A stretch of 64,000 bases of DNA from an uncultured Gemmatimonadales bacterium. Its GTDB lineage: Bacteria; Gemmatimonadota; Gemmatimonadetes; Gemmatimonadales; GWC2-71-9. The notes under the pieces were generated by a model. The model saw nothing but the letters and a program-made list of their open reading frames with translations. It was not told where the DNA came from and made no database searches. Positions 54,696 to 63,554 of this stretch are shown piece by piece (the stretch's first letter is position 1; each line of letters begins with the position of its first letter). Made by a program: the position numbers and the translations under genes. Location: assembly GCA_963704805.1 (NCBI GenBank), contig CAVPHS010000001.1, positions 741,694 to 805,693 on the forward strand, written 5' to 3'.

Positions 54696-56611
54696 CGGCC
54701 ATTCTTCCCCTGGCGGCCCTGCTCGCGGCTGTCGCTCCCGGGGCCCTTGCCGGGACGACGGTCCGCGACGGGGAAGTGCGGGGTGTGAGCGTGTTGCCGG
54801 CTACCGGCAAGGTCGAAGTCTTGATCGATCTGCAGGGTGCCGCCGAGGTGCGGGACTTCACGCTCACCAGTCCGGCGCGCCTGGTCATCGATCTGATCGG
54901 CACGCGACTCACGGTGCCGGCGGCCATGTACGACGGTCTGAATCGCGGCGGCGTGAAAAACGTGCGCTATGCGCAATTCAAACCCGACGTCGTCCGCATC
55001 GTGATCGATCTCGATGCGCTCAAGGACTACCAGGTCGATCGCTCGGGCGGCCAGGTGCGCGTGCGCATCGGCAGCGAGCGGACGGGCTTTGCGGCGTGGT
55101 CGAGCAGCACGGTGGCTCCCGCCGCGCCCGTTGCCGTCGCGAGCCGGGATCCCGCGCCCCCCCCGCCCCCCCCGCCCCCCCCGGTGACCGGCGGCCCGGA
55201 CCAAGCGGTGCGCGTGACGACACCCGCCGTCGGCCGGTCGCTGTCGATCGACGAGTACCTCGCCGTGCACCGCGCTGACGCGGCGCAGTCGCAGGCACCG
55301 CGGATCACGGTGCAGTGGGACAACGCGTCGATGGAGGACGTCATCGCCGGGTTCGCAGCGTTCAGCGGCCGGACGATCATCCTCGCCAAGGGCATCACCG
55401 GGAACGTCACCGCCGAAATCAAGAATCAGCCGTGGGACCTCGCGCTGAATGCCGTGCTCGAATCGCAGGGACTCGCGGTCCAAACCCTGCCCGGCGGCAT
55501 CCTCAACGTCGTGAGCAAGGTCGAGCTGGCGCGCGCCGACTCCACCGTCCCGATCACGACGCGCCTGGTCCGGATCAACTACGCCAAGGCGACGTCGCTC
55601 GTCCCGGCCGTGGCGTCGATCGTCACCAAGCGCGGCCAGGTCGTCGCCGACTCGACCAGCAACGCCCTCGTGATCACCGAGGTCAGCTCGCGCATCGATG
55701 AGGTCGTGGAGTTCGTGAAGGGCCTCGACCTGCGTACGCCGCAGGTCTCGATCCAGGCCAAGATCATCTTCGTCGATCGCACCGACGTCGAGGAGCTGGG
55801 CGTCAAATACGACCTCGGGACGACGAACCAGTTCTTCAACAAGCTCGTGCAGCGGCCCGATCCGCGCAGCGCGCAGCCCGTGGATACCGACCTCGACGGC
55901 GTCCCGGACGCGCTGGTGCCGACGGAGAACTTCCCGGCCGACCAAACCGTCGTGGCACTGGGCGGCAACTCGCTCTCTGCGCTCGGCAACGCCAGCCAGC
56001 AGGTGATCAACCCGGCGCTCGAGCTCATCTTTTCCACGGCGATCGGGAACTTCGATCTCACCACGTTCGTGCAGGCGCTGCAGCGCGTCGAGCTGGCCGA
56101 TATTCAGGCGGAGCCGACCATCACGACGCTGGATAACCGCGAAGCCGAGATTCTGGTCGGCGACCGCGTGCCGATCCGCGTGATCGACGTCAGTGCGACG
56201 TCGACGGCGGGCGCGGCGGGGGCAAACAACGTGCCGCGCGCCACGGTGTCGTTCGAGCAGACCGGTATCAACCTGCGGGTCACGCCGCACGTCACGGCCA
56301 ATCGCCAGATCCTGATGGAAGTGCATGCCGAGCGCTCCAACGTCCGGCCGGCGTCGGTGGACATCGGATTCACCTTCCAGACCCAGCAGGCGGACAATCA
56401 GCTCCTGGTCAACGACGGCGAAACGGCCGTAATTGGCGGACTTACGGTGACTGAGGTCACGGTCACAAAGTCCGGAATCCCTTTCCTTGTAGATCTGCCG
56501 ATCCTGGGCAAGCTGTTCGGCTTCACGCAGCAACAGGAAAACCGGCGTGATCTCCTGATTCTGATCACGCCTCACATCATCGACGATCTCGTCTCGCCCA
56601 CCGGGCAATAA
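54692..56611 (+). CDS. pilQ: Type IV pilus secretin PilQ (AMIN domain + secretin)
   Basis: AMIN-like VEVLIDLQGAAEVRDFTLTSPARLVIDLIG, a poly-Pro linker, and the secretin C-terminus GIPFLVDLPILGKLFGFTQQQENRRDLLILITPHII. Confidence 0.85.
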   Translation: MTAILPLAALLAAVAPGALAGTTVRDGEVRGVSVLPATGKVEVLIDLQGAAEVRDFTLTSPARLVIDLIGTRLTVPAAMYDGLNRGGVKNVRYAQFKPDVVRIVIDLDALKDYQVDRSGGQVRVRIGSERTGFAAWSSSTVAPAAPVAVASRDPAPPPPPPPPPVTGGPDQAVRVTTPAVGRSLSIDEYLAVHRADAAQSQAPRITVQWDNASMEDVIAGFAAFSGRTIILAKGITGNVTAEIKNQPWDLALNAVLESQGLAVQTLPGGILNVVSKVELARADSTVPITTRLVRINYAKATSLVPAVASIVTKRGQVVADSTSNALVITEVSSRIDEVVEFVKGLDLRTPQVSIQAKIIFVDRTDVEELGVKYDLGTTNQFFNKLVQRPDPRSAQPVDTDLDGVPDALVPTENFPADQTVVALGGNSLSALGNASQQVINPALELIFSTAIGNFDLTTFVQALQRVELADIQAEPTITTLDNREAEILVGDRVPIRVIDVSATSTAGAAGANNVPRATVSFEQTGINLRVTPHVTANRQILMEVHAERSNVRPASVDIGFTFQTQQADNQLLVNDGETAVIGGLTVTEVTVTKSGIPFLVDLPILGKLFGFTQQQENRRDLLILITPHIIDDLVSPTGQ

Positions 56612-56641
56612 CCCGGCGGGCGGGCGCAGGAGAGGGTGAAC

Positions 56642-59236
56642 ATGCGGCTGGTCACACGCGGCACCGCAGTCTGGGGGATCATCGCGCTTGCGCTCGCCGT
56701 CTGGTCGTGCGAGACGACGCGCCATCCGGGTGGGATCCAGACGGACGCCCAGCCACCGGCCATCCTTCTGGTCAATACGGTCGGCGATACGCAGGACATC
56801 GCCGGCGGCCTGCGCTTCGGCATCGACGCCGTCGATAACTTGGCGCTGAAGGTGGTCAGCCTGCGATTCAGCGGCGGTTTCATCGACACCATCAACACGA
56901 ATTTCACCGGCCAGGTCAAGACGTATACGGTCAGCCCCACGATCACGTTCGGCCCGAACTCCGGCGTTGGCGGCAATATCCAGATCATCGGTCGCGCGGT
57001 CGACGGGGCCGGGAACTTCGCCGAAGACACGATCTCCATTTTCCTGTCCAACGTGCAGGCGCTGCGCGTGACGCTGGTCCTGCCGTCGCCGGGTGCACTG
57101 GCGTCGACGGGCAAAGGCCTCGCGGTCGACGTCATCGCGGTCCAGAATTCGGGCATCGCGAAGATCGGATTCCTCGTCTCACCGCCGGCCAGTGTCACCA
57201 ATCCGACGACGCCACCGGCCGACTCGATGCTCTTCGGGTCGCCGTTCGCCGATTCGGTGGAGTACGTCGACACCCTCATCGTGGTGCCGTCGAGCGGCAC
57301 GTTCACCGTCCAAGGCTTTGCGGAGGACTCGGCGGGCCGGCGCGGATTCAGCAATACCGTCACCGTCCTCATTCAATCGGTGGCCACGGACAACCAGGTC
57401 CCGGTGGTTGCGCACCGCATCGCCGCGCGGGTCGAAGTGGACGACACCGTGCACGTGCGCGCGCAGGACCCGAGCGCCATCTCGTGGATCGGCTTCCGCG
57501 TCGACACCGGCGGCGTGATGATGAAGTTCGACACCGTGAACGTCGCCGCCGGCAATCTGACCGACGTCACGCGCCACTTCTCGCTCGGGCTCCAGGGGTT
57601 GCAGCCGCTGCCGCACACGATCGTGGTGAAGGGGTATGCCTGCGACGCAGCCACCGCACGGAACTGTGACTTCACGAACAGCACCACGCTGATTCCCAGC
57701 GCGCCCATCAAGTTCGGCAACCTGCCCACCAGGGGAGCCGGGCCGCTTCCGGCGCCCGCGGCATTGATCGATACCGTGATCGTGGTTGCGGGCGTGACGC
57801 GAGCGCTACCGTTCGGCGGCCGGATCGCGGACGCGATCTTCAACGGCAACGACTCGAGTCTCTACCTCACGAACCCGCAGCTCGGTCGTGTCGAGGTCTT
57901 CCAGGTTGCGAACACGTCGTTCGTCGCCGCGGGGATTCAGACCGCCGGACCGCAGCCGTGGGGTATCGCGCTCTGGCCGCTCGATACGCTGGGCAACTAC
58001 AAAGACACGATCATCGTGGCCAACTCGGGCGGCCTGGAGCTCTCGATCATCGACGTGCGCGCCGGCGTGCGTCGCCTCGCGTGGCGCCAGGACCTGCCCG
58101 ATTACCTGATCGAAACGTATCGCGTGCTGACCTCGCCGCTGCGCGAGAACATCATCATCTACGATGTGTCCGACCGCCCGCAGTATGTCGCGTCCGTGTG
58201 CCGGGTCACGACAGGGACACCCAACTGCCACGCGGACTCGGTTTTTGCGATTTATTCGACGCTGCCGACCGCCAGCAGCAGCGCCCCGTTCGCCGGGCGC
58301 GCGACGCTCCGGATGGAGAAGCTGATCGACACGCCCAACCCGGCGTTGTTGTTCAGCCATCTCTTCTGGGAGCTGGCCGGAGACAGCACGCTGTCCAGCG
58401 ACAGCCGGGACACGTTGCGCATCGAGATGCGGCGGGGCCGGCCGTACAACGTGCAGGAGCTGCAGCTGACCGCGTGCGCCGGGGTGACGATCGAGCTGGC
58501 GCGGTTCGGGCTGGGGGATTCCACCTACGTACGTAACTCGGGGAACTTCACGCACGGAATCATGGGTGAAGGCGGAAATATCACGACCCAGTTCGCGCGG
58601 GTGGTCGGCTACACCACCAAAGCGGCGCTGCTGCACGGTCCGAGCACGGCACGTTTTTGCGCAACGAACGCAGCCGTCGATCTCTTTGGTAACCCAATCG
58701 TCAGTGACAGCGGCGAAAACCACCGCGATCTCGGCGTCACGCCGGCGATTGACGTCAGCGACTTCATCAGCAATACCGGCGTCACCCTCCATTCCATCGC
58801 CACGAACTTCAACGGCGGGACGAACCTCGTCCGCGCCGACTCGATCTACTTCCTCGACGAGGGGATGAAGCTCAAAGGCACCGCCGAGGCGCCGCTCGGG
58901 GCGTTCGGCATGGACATGAACTACAACCATGCCTTCCTCGCTGGTGACCCCGGGACGCCGACGTTCCCGCCCGGCACCGGCAACCCCAACGACCGCATTG
59001 CGTTCTCGGCCCGGCCTGACGGCAACATCGACGTCTGGGATACATTCTTCTACGGCAAGGTTGGCGGAATCGTGGTCCGCGACCCCATCATTGGACCATT
59101 GCGCGTCGCCCGGAACAGGGCCAATACGCGGCAATGGCTGTTCGGGGTGACTGCGGCCGGGGTGGTGGTGGTCGAGCTGCCCGTGATCACGAACCCGTTC
59201 CCGTCCCAACCGCCTTGGGGGCCGCCGATTCGCTGA
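56642..59236 (+). CDS. Large lipoprotein of unknown function encoded immediately after pilQ (Ig-like repeats + beta-propeller-like region)
   Basis: ATG 56642 is preceded by aggagagg. The lipobox is ALALAVWSC. It has repeated Ig-like segments and a stretch LYLTNPQLGRVEVFQV..PWGIALWP reminiscent of YVTN/NHL propeller blades. No family was assigned. Confidence 0.5.
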   Translation: MRLVTRGTAVWGIIALALAVWSCETTRHPGGIQTDAQPPAILLVNTVGDTQDIAGGLRFGIDAVDNLALKVVSLRFSGGFIDTINTNFTGQVKTYTVSPTITFGPNSGVGGNIQIIGRAVDGAGNFAEDTISIFLSNVQALRVTLVLPSPGALASTGKGLAVDVIAVQNSGIAKIGFLVSPPASVTNPTTPPADSMLFGSPFADSVEYVDTLIVVPSSGTFTVQGFAEDSAGRRGFSNTVTVLIQSVATDNQVPVVAHRIAARVEVDDTVHVRAQDPSAISWIGFRVDTGGVMMKFDTVNVAAGNLTDVTRHFSLGLQGLQPLPHTIVVKGYACDAATARNCDFTNSTTLIPSAPIKFGNLPTRGAGPLPAPAALIDTVIVVAGVTRALPFGGRIADAIFNGNDSSLYLTNPQLGRVEVFQVANTSFVAAGIQTAGPQPWGIALWPLDTLGNYKDTIIVANSGGLELSIIDVRAGVRRLAWRQDLPDYLIETYRVLTSPLRENIIIYDVSDRPQYVASVCRVTTGTPNCHADSVFAIYSTLPTASSSAPFAGRATLRMEKLIDTPNPALLFSHLFWELAGDSTLSSDSRDTLRIEMRRGRPYNVQELQLTACAGVTIELARFGLGDSTYVRNSGNFTHGIMGEGGNITTQFARVVGYTTKAALLHGPSTARFCATNAAVDLFGNPIVSDSGENHRDLGVTPAIDVSDFISNTGVTLHSIATNFNGGTNLVRADSIYFLDEGMKLKGTAEAPLGAFGMDMNYNHAFLAGDPGTPTFPPGTGNPNDRIAFSARPDGNIDVWDTFFYGKVGGIVVRDPIIGPLRVARNRANTRQWLFGVTAAGVVVVELPVITNPFPSQPPWGPPIR

Positions 59237-59270
59237 TGCCGGGCGCCAGGTGGGCCCGGGTGTGAACACG

Positions 59271-59301
59271 CGAGCCCGACCCAACGTCGGGCTCGTCTGT
59301 T
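59271..59301 (+). terminator. Possible terminator of the pil operon
   Basis: Stem CGAGCCCGAC / GTCGGGCTCG with loop CCAAC, followed by a weak U-tract TCTGTT. Confidence 0.4.
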
Positions 59302-59341
59302 ATGGGGCTCACCCCTGACCCCGTTAGGAGATTAGAACACG

Positions 59342-60568
59342 ATGCCTTTTCGGTTCACAACGGCGGGCGAATCACATGGCCGCGGCCTCGTGGGGATCGT
59401 CGAGGGCATCCCCGCCGGCCTGCCGCTATCCGCCGCCGACGTGGACGCGGAGTTGAAGCGGCGCCAGGGCGGCTACGGCCGCGGCGCCCGCATGAAGATC
59501 GAGTCCGACCGCATCGAGTGGCTCTCCGGCGTGCGCGCGGGTGAGACCCTCGGCTCGCCCATCGCCATGCTGATCTGGAACCGCGACTGGGAGCACTGGC
59601 AGGACGTGATGGCCCCGGAGGCCGATGCCACTCCCGATCCGTTGGGGCGCCGCCGTCAGGTGACCAGGCCGCGGCCGGGCCACGCCGATCTCGCTGGGTC
59701 GCTGAAATACGATCGCCAGGACGCGCGCGACATCCTCGAGCGCGCGAGCGCGCGCGAGACAGTCGCGCGGGTGGCATGTGGGGCGGTGTGCAAAAAACTC
59801 CTACGCGAGTTCGACATCGACGTGGGTTCTCATGTTGCGGAGCTCGGCGGCGTCACCGCCAAGCACCAGTCCTCACTCCCCACTCCCTTAAACGAGCGCG
59901 CCGACCAGAGTCCCGTCCGTTGCCTGGACCCCGAAGCCGAGCAGGAGATGATCCGCCGCATCGACGCGGCGAAAGCAGCCGGTGACACGCTGGGCGGCAT
60001 CGTTGAAGTCGTCGCCCTGGGCGTTCCGGTAGGCCTCGGCTCGCACGTTTCGTGGGACAGGAAGCTCGACGGCCGCCTGGCCCAGGCCCTCATGTCAATT
60101 CCGGCCGTGAAGGGCGTCGAGCTGGGGCTCGGTTTCGAGGCGGCGCGCCGCAAAGGCTCGGAAGTGCACGATGAGATCATGCCCGGTTTCACACGTGCCA
60201 CGAACCGCGCCGGCGGCACCGAGGGCGGCATGACGACGGGCGAGCCGCTGGTCATGCATGTCGCGATGAAGCCGATCTCCACGCTCATGTCACCACTCAA
60301 GACCGTTGATTTGAAGACGGGCGGGCCCGCGCAGGCGCAATCGGAGCGGTCCGATGTGACCGCCGTTCCCGCGATGGGCGTCATCGCCGAAGCAATGTTG
60401 GCGATCGTGTTGACCGAGGCCCTGCTCGAGAAATTCGGCGGCGACGCGCTGAGCGAGCTGAAACGCAACGTCGATGGGTACCTCGCACAGGTGCGCGTGC
60501 GCACCCGAAAAGATTCTCCCGTTCCCCCTCTCCACGTCGTGGAGAGGGGGTCAGGGGGTGAGGCGTGA
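59342..60568 (+). CDS. aroC: Chorismate synthase
   Basis: MPFRFTTAGESHGRGLVGIVEGIPAGL.., RPGHADL, and GGMTTGEP. The last ~13 codons are supplied by REP-like copy D. Confidence 0.9.
   Translation: MPFRFTTAGESHGRGLVGIVEGIPAGLPLSAADVDAELKRRQGGYGRGARMKIESDRIEWLSGVRAGETLGSPIAMLIWNRDWEHWQDVMAPEADATPDPLGRRRQVTRPRPGHADLAGSLKYDRQDARDILERASARETVARVACGAVCKKLLREFDIDVGSHVAELGGVTAKHQSSLPTPLNERADQSPVRCLDPEAEQEMIRRIDAAKAAGDTLGGIVEVVALGVPVGLGSHVSWDRKLDGRLAQALMSIPAVKGVELGLGFEAARRKGSEVHDEIMPGFTRATNRAGGTEGGMTTGEPLVMHVAMKPISTLMSPLKTVDLKTGGPAQAQSERSDVTAVPAMGVIAEAMLAIVLTEALLEKFGGDALSELKRNVDGYLAQVRVRTRKDSPVPPLHVVERGSGGEA
60524..60563 (+). repeat. REP-like element copy D forming the 3-prime end of aroC and the region just upstream of the aroK start
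   Basis: CCCCCTCTCCACGTCGTGGAGAGGGGGTCAGGGGGTGAGG, read directly. GTG 60565 follows 1 nt later. Confidence 0.9.
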
Positions 60569-61083
60569 AGAAGCACCTCATCCTCATCGGCCTGCCGGGG
60601 GCGGGGAAGACGACCGTCGGACGTCTCGTGGCCGAGCGCCTGCAGACGACCTTCGTCGACATCGACTCCGTTCTGGTTCGCAAGGAAGGCAAGCCGATCA
60701 CGATGATCTTCGCCGAGAAGGGCGAGCCGGCGTTTCGCGACATGGAGCGCAAGGAAGTGGAGGCCACGCTCACCCAGCCGCCGGCGGTGATCGCTCCCGG
60801 CGGCGGATGGGCCGCGCAGCCGGGGGCGCTCGAGAGCGCAAGGTCTCACGCGTACGTGATTTATCTGAAGGCGCGCGCCGAGCTTGCCGCCTCCCGCGCG
60901 GCCCCATCGGGAACCCGCCCCGTTTTATCGGGTGATGATCCTGCGGCGGAAATGCGCGAGCTGTTCAAAGCGCGCGAGCCGTACTATGCGAGGGCAGACG
61001 CGGCGGTGCAAACCGAGGCGAAAACGGCGGAGCAGGTAGCTGCCGAGGTCATCCGACTTGCGCAAACGAGTGCCGGTTGGTAA
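60565..61083 (+). CDS. aroK: Shikimate kinase
   Basis: Walker A LIGLPGAGKTTVGRLVAERL. 172 aa. GTGA overlaps aroC. Confidence 0.85.
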   Translation: MKKHLILIGLPGAGKTTVGRLVAERLQTTFVDIDSVLVRKEGKPITMIFAEKGEPAFRDMERKEVEATLTQPPAVIAPGGGWAAQPGALESARSHAYVIYLKARAELAASRAAPSGTRPVLSGDDPAAEMRELFKAREPYYARADAAVQTEAKTAEQVAAEVIRLAQTSAGW

Positions 61084-61096
61084 AGATGCGAACCCC

Positions 61097-61131
61097 TAGA
61101 CGTCTACACGTCTAGACGTCTAGACGTCTAG
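61097..61131. repeat. Tandem 8-bp array TAGACGTC x4 (one TACACGTC variant) made of AGACGTCT palindromes, between aroK and topA
   Basis: tagacgtc tacacgtc tagacgtc tagacgtc tag, read directly. CTCTTTTT follows, and GTG 61156 of topA lies 25 nt downstream. Confidence 0.9.
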
Positions 61132-61155
61132 CTCTTTTTGAATAGAGGTTGATGC

Positions 61156-63549
61156 GTGCCTGATAACGAAGAAGAAGTGAAACCCAAAAAGAAGAGAGCG
61201 CCCCGCAAGAAGAAGGATGCGGAGGCGATTCTCCCGACGGCGGATGACGAAGTGACCGACGCCGCTCCTGCAAAGGGCGGCGCACTCGTCATTGTGGAGT
61301 CCCCGACCAAGGCCAAAACCATCGGCAAATACCTGGGCCGCGGCTACACGGTCAAGGCGACTGTGGGGCACCTGCGCGATCTGCCCAAGCGGGAGCTGGG
61401 TGTCGACGTCGAGAATGGCTTCACGCCGAAGTACGTCACTATTAAGGAAAAGGCGAAGACCCTCGCCGAGATCAAGAAGGCCGCCAAGACCGCCGATCGC
61501 GTGCTCCTCGCGACCGACCCTGACCGCGAAGGGGAGGCGATCGCCTGGCATGTGGCGTCGCAGTTGAATGGCAACGGCAACGTGCGGCGAGTGCTGTTCC
61601 ACGAGATCACGAAAGACGCGGTTGCCGAAGCCCTGGCCCACCCCCTCGATATCGACCAGCGCAAGGTGGACGCGCAGCAGGCGCGTCGTGTGCTCGACCG
61701 CCTGGTGGGCTACAAGGCCTCGCCGGTGCTCTGGAAAAGCATCAAAACCGGGCTTTCCGCGGGCCGCGTGCAGACGGTGGCCCTGCGCCTGATCATCGAG
61801 CGTGAGGAGGAGATCCGGAAGTTTGTGCCGCAGGAGTACTGGACCGTCGCGGCCGATCTCGAGAAAGACGGCCAGCCGTTCCAGGCACGTCTCCAAAAAC
61901 TCGCCGGCCACAAGCCCGAGATCAAAACCGAGGCGGACGCCCGCGCGATCGTCGCTGAAGTCGAGAAGCTGCCGTTCGTCGTCACAGCGGTGGAGCGCGG
62001 GGAGCGGCGGCGCAAAGCGCCGGCGCCCTTCACCACCAGCACGATGCAGCAGGAAGCGGCAAAACAGCTGGGCTTTTCCGCGGGCCGCACCATGCGCGCC
62101 GCGCAAAAGCTCTACGAGGGCGTGGAGCTGGGCGACCAGGGCTCGGTGGGTCTCATCACCTACATGCGCACCGACTCGGTCCGCGTGTCGGACGCCGCGA
62201 TCAAGCAGGCGCGCGAGTACATCAACGCGCAGTTCGACAAGCGGTATCTGCCCGACGAGCCCAACGTCCACAAGGGGGGCCGCGGCTCGAAGGTCCAGGA
62301 CGCCCACGAAGCGATTCGCCCCACCGAAGTCGGCTACAAGCCTGAAGACCTGAAGAAGTATCTCGAGCGCGACCTGTTCAAGCTCTACCAGCTGATCTGG
62401 CGGCGCTTTCTCGCCTCGCAGATGACACCGGCGGTGTACGAGGCGACCAAAGTCGACTTCGACCTGGCCGGCGGGCGATTCCTGTTCCGCGCCACAGGCT
62501 CACGCCAGCTGTTCGACGGCTATCACGCCCTGTACCGCGAGGCTCACGAAGCCGAAGACGCCAAGACCTTGGACAGCCTCGCGGAAATCCCGCTGCTGAA
62601 GGAAGGGGATCGAGCCACGCTCAAGCAGGTCGTTCCCAGCCAGCATTTCACCGAGCCGCCGCCGCGCTACAGCGAGGCGAGCCTGGTGAAGGAGCTCGAG
62701 CGGCTGGGGATCGGACGGCCGTCGACGTACGCCGCGATCATCTCCACCCTGCGCGCGCGCTGGTACGCGACCGCCAAGGACCGCCGCTTCCAGCCCACGC
62801 CTCAGGGCGAAATCGTCTGGAAGGTGCTGAAGCGCTCCTTCCCCGAAGTGTTCGAGGTCGGCTTTACGGCGCTGATGGAGAACGAGCTGGACAAAGTCGA
62901 GGAGGGCGACCTCGCCTGGCAGCAGGTCCTCGGGGACTTCTGGAAGCCGTTCAACCTGGCGCTCTTAGCCGTGGACGTGAACAAGATCATCCACGAGGTG
63001 CATGATCTCTCGGGTCTCGATACGGAGAAGTGCCCCAAGTGCGGCAGCCCGCTCGAGGTGAAGAGCGGTCGCTTTGGGCCGTACATAGCATGCGTCCGCT
63101 ACGCGACCAAGGAGTGCGACTACTCGCGTTCCATCAAGAAGGACAAGGTGCCCGATCGTCCGTCGGACGAGATCTGCAAGGAGTGCGGCGCGCCGATGGT
63201 GATCAAAACCGGCCGCTACGGCGAGTTCCTCGCCTGCACGCGCTACCCGAAGTGCAAGTACACGCAGCCCGTCCCCATGGGCATCAAGTGTCCCAAGTGC
63301 GGCGTGGGCGACCTCGCCGAGCGGCGTACCAGGAAGGGCCGGACGTTCTACGGTTGCCTGCGCTACCCCGATTGCGATTATTCCACCTGGAACAAGCCGG
63401 TGGTGGTGCCGTGCCCCAATTGCGGCTTCGTCGGGATGGAAGAGATCAAGTCGAAGACGACGGGAGAGACGACACGCAAGTGCCTGAAGTGCGGACACAG
63501 CATGATCGCGGAGGACGCCGCCCCGGAGCCGGAGGAGGTGGCGTCGTAG
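61156..63549 (+). CDS. topA: DNA topoisomerase I
   Basis: Toprim LVIVESPTKAKTIGKYLG, an active-site region, and four C-terminal zinc ribbons (CPKCGSPL, CKECGAPM, CPKCGVGD, CPNCGF). Confidence 0.9.
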   Translation: MPDNEEEVKPKKKRAPRKKKDAEAILPTADDEVTDAAPAKGGALVIVESPTKAKTIGKYLGRGYTVKATVGHLRDLPKRELGVDVENGFTPKYVTIKEKAKTLAEIKKAAKTADRVLLATDPDREGEAIAWHVASQLNGNGNVRRVLFHEITKDAVAEALAHPLDIDQRKVDAQQARRVLDRLVGYKASPVLWKSIKTGLSAGRVQTVALRLIIEREEEIRKFVPQEYWTVAADLEKDGQPFQARLQKLAGHKPEIKTEADARAIVAEVEKLPFVVTAVERGERRRKAPAPFTTSTMQQEAAKQLGFSAGRTMRAAQKLYEGVELGDQGSVGLITYMRTDSVRVSDAAIKQAREYINAQFDKRYLPDEPNVHKGGRGSKVQDAHEAIRPTEVGYKPEDLKKYLERDLFKLYQLIWRRFLASQMTPAVYEATKVDFDLAGGRFLFRATGSRQLFDGYHALYREAHEAEDAKTLDSLAEIPLLKEGDRATLKQVVPSQHFTEPPPRYSEASLVKELERLGIGRPSTYAAIISTLRARWYATAKDRRFQPTPQGEIVWKVLKRSFPEVFEVGFTALMENELDKVEEGDLAWQQVLGDFWKPFNLALLAVDVNKIIHEVHDLSGLDTEKCPKCGSPLEVKSGRFGPYIACVRYATKECDYSRSIKKDKVPDRPSDEICKECGAPMVIKTGRYGEFLACTRYPKCKYTQPVPMGIKCPKCGVGDLAERRTRKGRTFYGCLRYPDCDYSTWNKPVVVPCPNCGFVGMEEIKSKTTGETTRKCLKCGHSMIAEDAAPEPEEVAS

Positions 63550-63554
63550 TACAC

